Shown: one piece after another, positions 1-11,269 of the stretch
Layout of the letters: every line of letters starts with the position of its first letter
Position numbering within the stretch: the first letter of the stretch is position 1
Translations under genes and position numbers: made by a program
Notes under the pieces: model-generated
The model's input: only the letters and a program-made list of their open reading frames with translations
Databases searched by the model: none
Told to the model about the DNA's origin: nothing
Origin: Octopus bimaculoides
Lineage: Eukaryota
Assembly: GCF_001194135.2 (NCBI RefSeq)
Contig: NC_068986.1
Location: 110,912,860 to 110,976,859 of the forward strand
Direction of reading: 5' to 3'
DNA length: 64,000 nucleotides

Positions 1-100
1 AAATACATACAAATACATGCAATGTACATTTAGACATACAAGAGAGATGTCCATAACAGGACATCTAACCCGCTAGAAGGAGCATATGTATCTATCTATT

Positions 101-1305
101 TATCAGTCTGAGTAGAAAGTAAGCAACGTTTTGAAACATGAAATTCATTAAAATATAATTCAACAATGCGGAAATTTGATTCTCCAGTAAAATGAACACA
201 TTGTCCCCAACGAGTTATAAGATTGTTTGTTCGGGTAACGTTAGGATCTGGGGTTCTTGAACTGAGGAACTCTTTGTAAGCACTTTCAGCGTCGGTTTGA
301 TTTTCGAACTCCCTGTCTCGCAGGTAACCATCAAAGTGCATGAAAGGGAGAAAGGCCTGGGGAATAAGCTGGTTGGAGTAGCCAAGATCCCTCAACTTCT
401 GGAACGTCATTATTGAAACTCGTAGTCGAGCATTGTCTTGGAGAATGATTGGCCCTTTCTGTTGACCAGTCTCTGATGGAGAAGTAGAAGTTTTCCATTC
501 ATTTTGGCAATTTCATGGCAATATGTTTCTGCGGTAATGGTTTTTCCGGATTTTAAGAAATTATAGTGCATGAGTCTAGCAGTACACCACCAAACAGTCA
601 CCATGAGCTTCTTTTTGAAGAGCCCAAGTATAGGGAAGTTTTTCGAAGCTTTATTTTGGTCCACACACTACGAAGAACGATTTTAGTCCTTCTTCAGAAT
701 CCACATTTTATCGCCAATTACAATACGGTCGAGAAATAGGACGAGCAAATTTCATATATGCTCGATTACTGATTTTCATGCAAATCGTACGGTACCCATT
801 TGTCTATTTTTTTTTATTTTCAATCGCATGCAAATGGCTGTAGGCAGTTTTCTGGATCACGTGAAAAGTTATTTTATCAGTTCTCGAGCGGTTTTACGTG
901 GATCTCTCTCAAAGACGGTCTTTAATTGACCGTCATCGATGACAGATGGGCGTCCACTACACTCATGTTCTTGAAGGATTAGGTGTCCACTGCAAAATCG
1001 TATATACAATTTTCGACCTGACCACTCACTGGTCATTTCCTCACCAAACGTTTCGTTGATATCGCGAACGGTTTCAGCTGCTTTACGTCCTTTTTTGAAG
1101 TTGAATAGCAAAATTGCTTGAATATCGCGTTTCCAAAGTAACACCAGTGAAAAATCAATGTTACTTTATTGATGCATTTGGTCAAGTCTATGTCTGTATT
1201 ATCAGACAATTGCAAAACATTGTTTAAAAAGATTCAAAACACTGCAAAATCCCGGTACAAATTCTTCGTTTCAAAACGTTGCTTCCTTTTTTATTCAACC
1301 TAATA
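101..1305 (-). mobile_element. Near full-length decayed mariner (Hsmar1/cecropia-like) DNA transposon
   Basis: Minus-strand pieces FNFKKGRKAAETVRDINETFG...CSGRPSVIDD (HTH), KKLMVTVWW...HYNFLKSGKTITAETYC and FENQTDAESAYKEFLSSR...RWGQCV match mariner transposase, with frameshifts. Imperfect ~37-bp TIRs share aagcaacgttttgaaac (121-137; reverse complement at 1268-1284). TA at both ends. Confidence 0.92.
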
Positions 1306-2044
1306 TAGATACATGCATACCCTTATCAATATCAGTCTATATGTGTGTGCTTGTTAGTGTGTAGATAGCTAGATGACCTCATATAGATATACATATAAAT
1401 ATAGATATAGGAAAGGAAGCTGGAAATGCTCTGGGATTCCTTTTTATTTTCGTTTTAAGATTTTATAAAAATTTCATGTGTGAGTGTGTGTGTTTGTGAA
1501 TACGCATACATGTGTGCGTTTGTGTTTGTGCATAAGTGTTTGTGTGTGTTTAATTCTTATAATTCTACAAATGTGGGAATACCTGTTGAGTGATTAGACA
1601 CCCTTAGATATGAAATAACTTGCTGAGATGTACTGAAAATGTACTGCGTTGCTATACGTGCGTGTATGTAGAAAATAAATATATCTGAGTGGGTTATAGT
1701 GAGAGAGAGAGACAAAGGGAGAGATGTATGGAGACACAGAGATATTGTGTGTAATTGCGTGCAAATATATACGTAGAGTTCCAATTGTCTATAAGTATCT
1801 GCGAGTAAGTGCGAATACAGTTGCACAGGGGGAATTATAATATAAATTCAATGGAGGACATCGTGTCGATGTAGTTGAGAAGTCATTGAAGGAAGCTGTA
1901 TGTGACGTGTTCTTCAATTCTCTGGGAAATTCCATGTCTTTTTAAATGTGACCATTCTTCTTGACGTTAGGATAAATGTAGTCTCATACATATGCCTGCA
2001 CACTCAGACATATGTTTGTATGTCTGAGTGTTTTAATGTCTATG

Positions 2045-2400
2045 TATGTGTGTGTGCTTGTTTGTGTGTGTGCTTGTTTGTGTATGTAGATGTCTGTGTG
2101 ATTGTTTGTGGTTTTTTTTGTATAATCATCCTCTTTCTCTCCACCTGTCTGCCTTTCTCTCTCTGCTTGAAGATATACAAACGTGTACGTATATACGAGT
2201 CCCAAAATCTTGCCCGTATGTGTGTGTGTCTGCGTGTGTGCTTGTATGTGTATGTCTGTATGACTGTTTGTGAGTGGTTTTGTGTAATCATCCTCTTTTT
2301 CTCCCCCTCTCTGCCTCTCTCTCTCTGCTTAAAGATATACATACGTGTACATATATATGAGTCTGAAAACCTTGCTCGCATACGTGTGCCTGTGTGTGTG
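2045..2400. repeat. Diverged tandem duplication, period ~162 bp, built on (TG)n/(CT)n low-complexity DNA
   Basis: taatcatcctcttt at ~2123 and ~2285; aagatatac at ~2170 and ~2332. Confidence 0.8.
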
Positions 2401-2719
2401 TGTATTCTCGGATAGAGCGATGTTGGGAGATAGATTATATATACAAAGTCAGCGTGTTGTACAGATAAATGAACGGGGTTAGATGATGAATATAAACATT
2501 TATACGTAAACTAAATGATGGTAGATTTATAAACATTCTGTTTATAAGTAAATTGTAAAACTTAAGAGTGAATGGCTTATAAATGGAAATCATATAATAG
2601 CAGATATCGTGCATATATCCCTATGCTATCCTATTACATCCGAAGTTAAACTGACGCATTCGAAATAAATTGAAGACAGTCACATAGAATAGCACGTTCC
2701 TTCTTTCTACTTTTTCACT

Positions 2720-2800
2720 TCAAATTTCGTCGAACTTAAACTTGTATTCACCATTCTGGGGTCGATATAATATACCAGTCGATTACTGGGTCTGATAAAG
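2720..2800 (+). mobile_element. SINE fragment (family A)
   Basis: ttcaaatttcgtcgaac...ctggggtcgatataa resembles the copies at 34375, 53398 and 57200. Confidence 0.5.
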
Positions 2801-3659
2801 CTTTTTATCTCTCTCAGAGATACGTTGATGTCGCTTTTAGTTTATCTCATGTCGTTTTTCTTCTGTAAATGAATCGGATGCATCTAATAAGAACCTGTTC
2901 TCATAAAAATATAATTTATTGCAAAACACAGGGGCCGGAAATGAAGAATGATTAAATTTGAATGATTACCTTCGTTATTTCATTAATATTGGAAGGTGAT
3001 AAGCTGGCAGGATAGTCTCCAGGATACTTCAAAATTCTTTTAAGCTTCTTCTCGAATTCATCTTTAGTGAAGTACGACATTTCAGCGACCCATTGAATAA
3101 ACTGTTCATTTGTTAATCAAAGCCGTACAAGTAACTTATTTCTGCAGCGCAAAAATGCCTCCTTATATACAGGAGATAAATTCTTTGAAGCATTGCCAGC
3201 TCTACTCCAAACACTACTGACTCTTTCATAAGAAGAGGTACCTAGATACTCTTCTTATGAAGATTAACAATACACTTCATTAAGTCCTGAAATACTCACT
3301 TACATACCAATGATGCACCACATCATATCTTGTTAACAGAAGTGCCACCAAGCTTTCCATTCCCAATTCCTCCGTCTACGCAGGCTTTGTAGTGACAACC
3401 GTGACTTTGAGATTCAGTCTCAACTCATGGCTCACCACTTCATCCTACAGGGATATCCCCTCACCACCACCCACACCGCCCTTGTCAGAGCACGTCACGA
3501 GGACCATGCATCTCTTCTCCACCCCTGAACCCGCCCTGTCGTCTCCCGCCTCCCTTTTCCCCTCAGCTACCATCCCACCTCTCCAGCGCACCATTCTCCG
3601 AGCTTTCCGGCGCCTCCAGTCCTACCTCTCGACCTCACACATCTTCCTTAACCGACCCT

Positions 3660-3866
3660 NNNNNNNNNNNNNNNNNNNNNNNNNNNNNNNNNNNNNNNNN
3701 NNNNNNNNNNNNNNNNNNNNNNNNNNNNNNNNNNNNNNNNNNNNNNNNNNNNNNNNNNNNNNNNNNNNNNNNNNNNNNNNNNNNNNNNNNNNNNNNNNNN
3801 NNNNNNNNNNNNNNNNNNNNNNNNNNNNNNNNNNNNNNNNNNNNNNNNNNNNNNNNNNNNNNNNNN
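3660..3866. other. Assembly gap (N) inside the PLE
   Basis: N run. Confidence 0.99.
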
Positions 3867-4824
3867 ATCACTGACCCTATCGCATCACCGACTCCTTCAC
3901 CTGCACTTCTACCAACATCATCTATTGCATCTTCTGCTCTCTCTGCCATTCACTGTACAGCGGTCAAACGGGGCGCCGCCTGGCCGACCGATTCGCGGAA
4001 CACCTCCGAGACATCAACGTTTGCAATGACACCCCGGTGTCACGCTATTTCCGCAATACCGGTCACTCCTTACAGCAACACCTGTTCGTATTTGGATTGT
4101 CCTTGCACAGGGGCCATCCGGACTCCCGTTTGCACCGTGAACAGGAATTAATCTTCTCTCTTCTCTCCTTTGCACCACATGGGCTCAACTCCCCTCCTCT
4201 CTTCATCTAAACCCATCCCCTTGCCTCTCTCCCCTTCCGCCCTCCATCGTACTTCCTCTCCCCTCCTGCTCCCACTCCTCTTTACTTCTCTTCACTCCTA
4301 CTTCTCCTCTTACCCTCTCGTACTCTCTTCCTCTGTCTCCCATACCCACCTTCTCCTTCTCTTATATCAACCTCCCCCTCCCTCATAAGCCCATCCCAGC
4401 CCTACATACTACTATCCCACCTCATCCTATCCCTTACACGCACCCCCCAACTTCTGCCTACCCATACACCCCTACCTCACCTTCAACCCATGCTTTCCCC
4501 ACTCGCCTCTCCCACCTCCCAACAAACACCCTCACATTACACCACGCTACACCATATCCCACATCACTTCACAACACAGCATCACGCACACACTAACAAT
4601 GACCCATTCTCATCCCCACATTTTCACACGTACATACACACATGCATACGTTAAGATCACCAGCATTCTCTCACACACACGCACCTTCTCGTCTCGGGGT
4701 CACCACTGCTTTGTCATCTCCCCTATTTCTTATCTCTCCTGTGTGATCCTTCTGTCCGGCATTCGCTATGATAGATCGCTGACAACTACATTCATATTTT
4801 TTTCTCTCCTTGTTTCTTTCTGTG

Positions 4825-4865
4825 TTCCTTTCTGCTGAAGAGCGTAGGCTCGAAACGTTAAAGAC
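4825..4865 (+). ncRNA. Hammerhead-ribozyme-like motif in the PLE terminal repeat
   Basis: CTGAAGA (4835-4841), gcgtaggctc, GAAA (4852-4855), palindromic ACGT. Helix I and helix II pairing are imperfect. Confidence 0.5.
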
Positions 4866-5084
4866 TTTCTCTATTCCCGAACGTTATACTAATACATCCA
4901 TTTGTTGTTTACACCACTTGTCTTCGTCTGTTGTTCTTTTCGTAAATTCTCCTACACACACACACACATATATNNNNNNNNNNTTGTTTACACCACTTGT
5001 CTTCGTCTGTTGTTCTTTTCGTAAATTCTCCTACACACACACACACATATATATATACATAGTGTATATATACATATGTGTGTG

Positions 5085-5134
<50 letters not shown>

Positions 5135-6219
5135 CCTTTATATATACACACTTTCTATGTCAAATCTGCAAGTAATATTTTTACAACAATTTATTACACA
5201 TCGAAAAATTAGCAGACAATGTATATTGCGGAGTAAATATTTATCGTATTATAATAGCCGAAAGTGACAGCATACCTACACTTTATTCGTACTGCCAAGA
5301 AAAGTCACCTTCTGATAATATATCTAGATGTTCACTACAGCAGTGCCTGAAAATAATTAAGAACAGTTAAGTTATCATTCCTTGAATTCAGTCTTTCTCA
5401 TTCGCTTGTCATCCATATAAAATACAAATGGCTGGGAGGTAATATAGTAGAATGTTTCTGAAGACTTCTTCAACTGTTAAAAATCCGTCAATCTGTCTGT
5501 ATAATAAACAAGCAGAAAGAAGACCGATAAAGGAAATAGAGACAACGTATATATGAAAGAGAAAAATGCTTTGTAGTGTAATAAACAATGATATTACCTG
5601 ATATTGTTTTGTATTTCAAAGAAAGCATCTTTGAACTTTAAGAGATAATTTTTAGCGATACTTTCATTGGTCAGATAAAATTGGAATGAAATGATGCGGA
5701 AATATGTAATATTATATTTTGTCTGGGTAACTAGATTTATTTTTTATTACCTTTTTAAACAGTAATATTGCAAATATATGACAAAGGTTACTGGAAATCA
5801 GAGAGACAAAACCCACGCTTGATTCATTAAATAAACAAATGCTTAAAAGTGTAGGAGAAGAAATTTGTTTTAAGTACAGCAACATAGCAAGTAAATGTAT
5901 TACGCTGTTCTATTGGAAGAAACATACGAAATACAGGCATGGTATGTGGTGTGGATGCGAAGGTATTCGCGCGCGCGCATACCCAGAAGCACAAGCACAC
6001 ACACCATATAAGTATATTTATATACACACACATATGTATATATTGAGAAAAAATTCAAATTACGATAAACGTAAACAAACAAATGTTGTTTGCTTTAGAA
6101 GCGTTGAGATGTCTTAGAAAGTCAAAGACGTGATTTTTAAATTCTCAAACGCAGGATAATGGTAATAATATAGCCTGAACAGGATAAGCTACCCCTATTT
6201 TGCAGAAAAGTGTTGGCGG

Positions 6220-6276
6220 CCGGCTATGAGACTCGAACTCACACCTCTGCGATTACGCGTCGCTGTGCTCTAACCA
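6220..6276 (-). mobile_element. tRNA-derived head (Thr-CGT-like anticodon arm), probably a SINE relic; not a functional tRNA
   Basis: Minus strand tggttagagc...GCGA-cgCGTaa-TCGC...gtgagTTCGAGTctcat: partial A box, anticodon stem-loop and B box/T arm. The 5' acceptor strand is missing. Confidence 0.6.
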
Positions 6277-6848
6277 TATATATCTATATATATTCACACA
6301 AATGCATACATCTCTATTTTCTTGTTATTTACTCTGTACTGAGTCATAGAGAGCTTACAAGTCCTGCGAACTGTATATTATACGATGTATTCTACACTGA
6401 TTCATCACTGAGTTTATTTCACACACTTAACATGCACCACATAGAATAGCATTGAAGTTAGAGACCTAAAAATGCTTATTAAACAAAGATTATATAATTT
6501 GCATATGACTATTCACGTGCATGACAAAAATGAATCGTATCCTCTTGACTAGATGTGGTTCTTATTCTGTTTCCAGACAAGTCGAAGGCTCACAGAAACA
6601 GTAGGAAAGAAAACAACGTAATAAAGTAAAAAGAAAAAAATGCTTATAATATCAAAACGTATAGCAATTATAAATTTGTAAAGCGATAACGTTCTCGGTT
6701 GAGTGATCTCCCACATTCGTGAATTAATATAGTTCAGATGTAAGAATATAACAGGTGGTAAACCATTTTCTCACAGGAGAGAACATTCTGCTATCGCTAC
6801 AAATGAGAACCTAACGGAACCTCAATCTCACTCGAGTTCTAATATTCA

Positions 6849-7457
6849 TATGCGAGGACTAATCAATAAATATCTGGACTGTTGCTATATTAACGAAGCT
6901 GATGGACGCAGAATGAAACCGATTGGCGAAGATTGACCTTGAAATGTGCTCTGTATGCACACTGAAACTTTAACATTCTAGCTCACTTCCATGGTTTATA
7001 GAAGTGCTTCGAAGTAACGTGTGTAGCGTGTTATCGTCGCATCGAACATGACAGAGAAAGTTGCCATGATGATACCAGCTCAGAGGCCTGCACAAAGTTG
7101 CAGAAAGTATATGAAAAGGAGTGTATGAGCCGTAGACAAGTGGACGGGTAGTTCAGACGTTTCCAAGATGGCTGAAAAATGTCGATATTGACGAAGGTTC
7201 TGGGAGACACGAAACCCGATGTCCGAAAAACATCGCAGATGTGCGTGAAGCTGTGAAGAGAAATCGAGTATTTGCAGATTAGTAACGGTTCAGTTCAGAG
7301 GATGTGCAGATTAGTTATGGTTCAGTTCAGTTCATTATCATTGAACATTTGCCGAATTTGTGCAAAAACTGCTTTCAACTGACCAAAATGACACTTGGGT
7401 TTCAATTGCACAAGATCTTGACCAAGTCAAGGACGATGAAAATTTTTTGAAAAATAT
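6849..7457 (+). mobile_element. Mariner 5' half (irritans-like HTH), truncated before the first catalytic Asp
   Basis: TIR-like ctaatcaataaatatctggact. Coding relics MTEK..DTSSEACTKLQKVYEKECMSRRQV...RRFQDG and VSIAQDLDQVKDDENFLKNI. Confidence 0.75.
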
Positions 7458-7719
7458 GCACAGGCTTCTGAGCAGGTATCGCCAAGCATTTGGCAAGGTT
7501 TGATGCAAATTGTCTGCTTACACTTCTGTCATTTTCAATGCAATGATCACACGCTACACACCTTCCTTCCAAGTACTGCTGGAAGTGATTTAGAAAGTTA
7601 ACACTTACTGAACCTGCAGAGCAGTGTTCAAGGTCAGTATTTGCCAAGCAGCTTTACTTTGCGTTCGTTAGCTTCGTTGTTATGGCAAGAATCCATATCC
7701 TTATTGATCAGATCACGTA
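7457..7719 (-). mobile_element. Second mariner 5' end of the same family, opposite orientation
   Basis: Reverse complement reads tacgtgatctgatcaataaggatatgga...gtgtgtagcgtgtgatc...aaaatgacaga...cttggcgatacctgctcagaagcc and aligns by eye to 6849-7090. Confidence 0.75.
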
Positions 7720-9110
7720 TTTACATATATATGCACACACACACATACATATATACATATGCATGTGAGCATATTTTCGTACTTGCATATATACATGCAT
7801 ACATAGAGATAGATAATTAGATACATGCAGGTACTTTGTGTGTATTAACCTGCTCTCAAACGAAATTATCTTCAGTAATTTATTAAACGCTATCATAAGA
7901 ATTTCTTCTCAATTTTAGAAAAAATAAAAATATGAAAAGCATATATTGGACCGCTGCATCACCAGTATAGCTTTTCCGTAAATTTCGTTTTACTTGAATA
8001 CTTAGCTCCGTGCTCTGGAAGCAATGTCTACCTGAAGAAAACAAATTATTTCTTGCGCCAATATCATTTCAGGCATCGAATGGTTACGTTACATTCGTTT
8101 GGGTACCAGTGCTACGGCTGCTCATCCGTCAAGTGAAGTAAGCTACTAATACTATCGCTCTCATCCTCTCTGACTATATATATATATATATAGAGAGAGA
8201 GAGATAGATCCTTCGCTAACTCTCCTGTTTCTCTCACTTCTTAGATAATCGACTGCCGTAGTTCACCGCGTTGCAGCTATCTCTTGCATAGATGTATCTC
8301 GATATTGTAAGGTATTAAAGTTACATGGTTTATGTAATGTTTTCTACCTTCTTAAACACATATTCATAATTTAGACAATGACATACAGTAAACTTTCTAA
8401 TTTATAACTCAGAATTTATTGAAACTTTTAGTGATAATCCTGATATTTGCAGGACACAGGACATAATAACTTGCATTTTTATAATAACTTACATACGTAG
8501 ACGTAGGGTTACACAAACATACACATACGTCCGAGAATCTGGAAGTGTGTAAATGAAATGATGTTTGGCATGTGTATATATTTGCAGATGAACAACGCTC
8601 AACAAAATTTACGTACAGCCGGAGAAAATGATAAAATGCCACAGTATTGGTTTTTATAGATATTAAAGTGAATTTAATAGGAGCATAAACGACAAGTACG
8701 CTCTTATCGCAAAGACGTCATAAAAAATGTATTTTGTAAAAATACCAGTCGTTAAGTAATACCTAACGTAATATCGAGAATGTCGTAAAATATACGCAGT
8801 TCTGTGTTATCTCTACCAAAGGAAATTAATTTTGGAATGTAAATCGACTCTTATCAGTTATCAATATAATTTTCACATTATCATATTGTCGGTCTAATGT
8901 ATTACGTAACTACATAGTCAGAGATTCATACCTAATGCAAGCGCTGTGTTTCAGAATATACAAATGTGTATTCATAAAATCGTATAATTACACAACTCTG
9001 TATTATGTATATGTATAGTGTAACGCAAGGATATGGGGGGGGGCGGGTATGTGATTCTGTGTTAGAGTTAGCGAATATATATACATACATATAAGCACAA
9101 ACACATACAT

Positions 9111-9152
<42 letters not shown>

Positions 9153-10216
9153 ATGTCCTGCCTGAGATACAATTTTATAACGGTCATTCTACGTTCAAGC
9201 TAAGTACGTATAACACTGAATTACGAAATAAACATACATTCATATATGAGCAATATCTGAATATAAATATCCATAATTGCTACGCATATGTGCCGTGATG
9301 TATGTGACAGGTGAAATTGAAAAAGAAAATCTTATGAAACACACACACACACACACACACACGTTTATATGTGCGTGTGTATACAATCACACAGGTATGC
9401 ATATATTTGTGTGTGCATGCGTATATATAATATATATTTATATAGGAATATAGAGATATATATACACGCGTTTAGATGTGTCACTGATATGGTTTCCTGT
9501 ATATTCACATATCGTTCTCCAAACACTCAAGATTGTTTACAGCCAACAGACTCTGCTGAGTTATAATATATCATTACGATTTAATATAAACCTTCATTTT
9601 ATTCAGCCAGGAATATTGCTGCTGTCATTGGAAATTACCAATCGTTCTTATTCCTCAGAATATGTTTCAAAGCGTTGCATAATAGCTATAAATTCTACAG
9701 AAATTCGATACACTCTCTCTGGACTCGAATTACAAATATCCATCTATATTAATATCTTCAAGTTTTCTGCGAATAGTATGAAGCCCCGTAATTTTCACAG
9801 AATACTGACCCAAGGGAAGCGTACACGTACACGCATATTTCATGATTAATTTATATGCATATATATTTATGAATGTGATTTTGTATATATACATATACTA
9901 TATATGTATGTGTGTATGTGTTTGTGAATTTGTGTGCATGTATACATCATATATATATATATATATATATATAATGTACATGTATAATCTGCGTGCGTAT
10001 ATTCATTTACACATGTACGTATTTATATACACTATCGCACACATTTTTTTACCTACACACATATTCAGATGTTTTACAATATGCAAATATGAATATTCTG
10101 ATAGATGTAAAAAGTGAAGTGTATAGCAAAATGCAATTATATATATATAAATACCTGCATATATATATATATATGCATACATGTAGCTGTGTGTATGCAT
10201 ACACACAAACACATAC

Positions 10217-10306
<90 letters not shown>

Positions 10307-11005
10307 GTTCAGTGTCACCAATATGTACTTGTGTCAATTACGAATTGCACTGAAAATCTCTTTCTGAATAAATCTGATTTTGATTTACACTCACATAAAA
10401 CATAATCAGGCACAGATACAACTTTATTTTTTATTACGCACTCAGACCGTCTCTGTATAGACACACTGAAACACAAATTCTTAATTGCTTATTTTTGTTT
10501 ACTAGCTTCAACTCGAAAGCTAACGCCATGTTGGAGAACCGACGTTAGCTTTGTTACATCTTCACTGCGAGAAACCTCCTGTAGTATGTAAGTTTTGGTG
10601 AATCAGTGACTTTGTTGTCGCTAGGTAGGTTCATCCAGAACTCTTGACCGGAGGAGATCCAGTTTTCTGTACACACAGGCATTCACACCTACACACACAT
10701 GCGTGCGCGCACATATGTATGCCCGTGTGTATATATGCGTGTGTGCATGATATACAATTCATATGTGTCTGTGTTTTAACAAATCCAACCCATGTGCCTG
10801 CATTTGATGGAAAATACATAGACCTAGACCAGGAAGTCTTCTACTCCGCCATTGTCAACAACAGTGCCTCTTAGTTTACCCACTTAAGACTTCAATTTAA
10901 CACAACTATTGCAAATTAAACCGAATGCAAGAAACGACATCATCCGGTTACATCTAATCCCTAACAGAAAATTACAGATTTTATTTCTTTAAAGAAAGAA
11001 TGAAC

Positions 11006-11269
11006 ATGAAAATGTGAGCATTTTGCTAAAACAAAATGAAACGAAAATAGGAAAAAACTGTCAAAATCATGTCTAAATGTAACCACTCCACTTCGGGGAT
11101 CGAATGGGCATTGCACCTCATTTTATCATTATTCATAATTCGTCATTTCATTTCTTTTCTTTTTTCTTCCTTGCCCGATTTATTTTTTATATTTTTATTT
11201 TCCAGCTTTTATGTTTTGTATTGTAAAATTTAGTCCCTTGTGGGTAATAAAACAACGAGGACGTTGGTG
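11006..11269 (+). repeat. Direct repeat copy 1 (LINE 3'-end-like, with AATAAA)
   Basis: aatgtaaccactc (11076), cctcattttatcatt, cccttgtgggtaataaaa and aggacgttggtg (11258-11269) are all shared with 12798-13060. Confidence 0.8.

Larger units (their letters stand above)
3355..4955 (+). mobile_element. 5'-truncated Penelope-like element (PLE): RT thumb, GIY-YIG endonuclease, C-rich 3' region and terminal repeat
   Basis: From 3355 the sequence reads FHSQFLRLRRLCSDNRDFEIQSQLMAHHFILQGYP (PLE RT thumb), then LQRTILRAFRRLQSYLSTSHIF. After the N gap, 3875-4165 reads ITDSFTCTSTNIIYCIFCSLCHSLYSGQTGRRLADRFAEHLRDI...PVSRYF...HREQELIF (GIY-YIG with CxxC and His residues). Stops and frameshifts are present. 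Confidence 0.88.

Noticed and set aside
2969-3100. Minus-strand open frame FIQWVAEMSYFTKDEFEKKLKRILKYP ending at a GTAATC donor
   Set aside because: Overlaps a SINE-head-like sequence on the other strand and has no recognisable domain.
4905-5040. Exact ~55-bp duplication on either side of a 10-N gap
   Set aside because: Typical overlap of unmerged contig ends at a microsatellite; assembly artefact rather than biology.
10505-10590. AG...GTAAGT-bounded candidate exon containing a 10-bp stem (aaagctaacg/cgttagcttt)
   Set aside because: Unrecognisable peptide, phase incompatible with the neighbouring candidates, and the stem is too short for a pre-miRNA.
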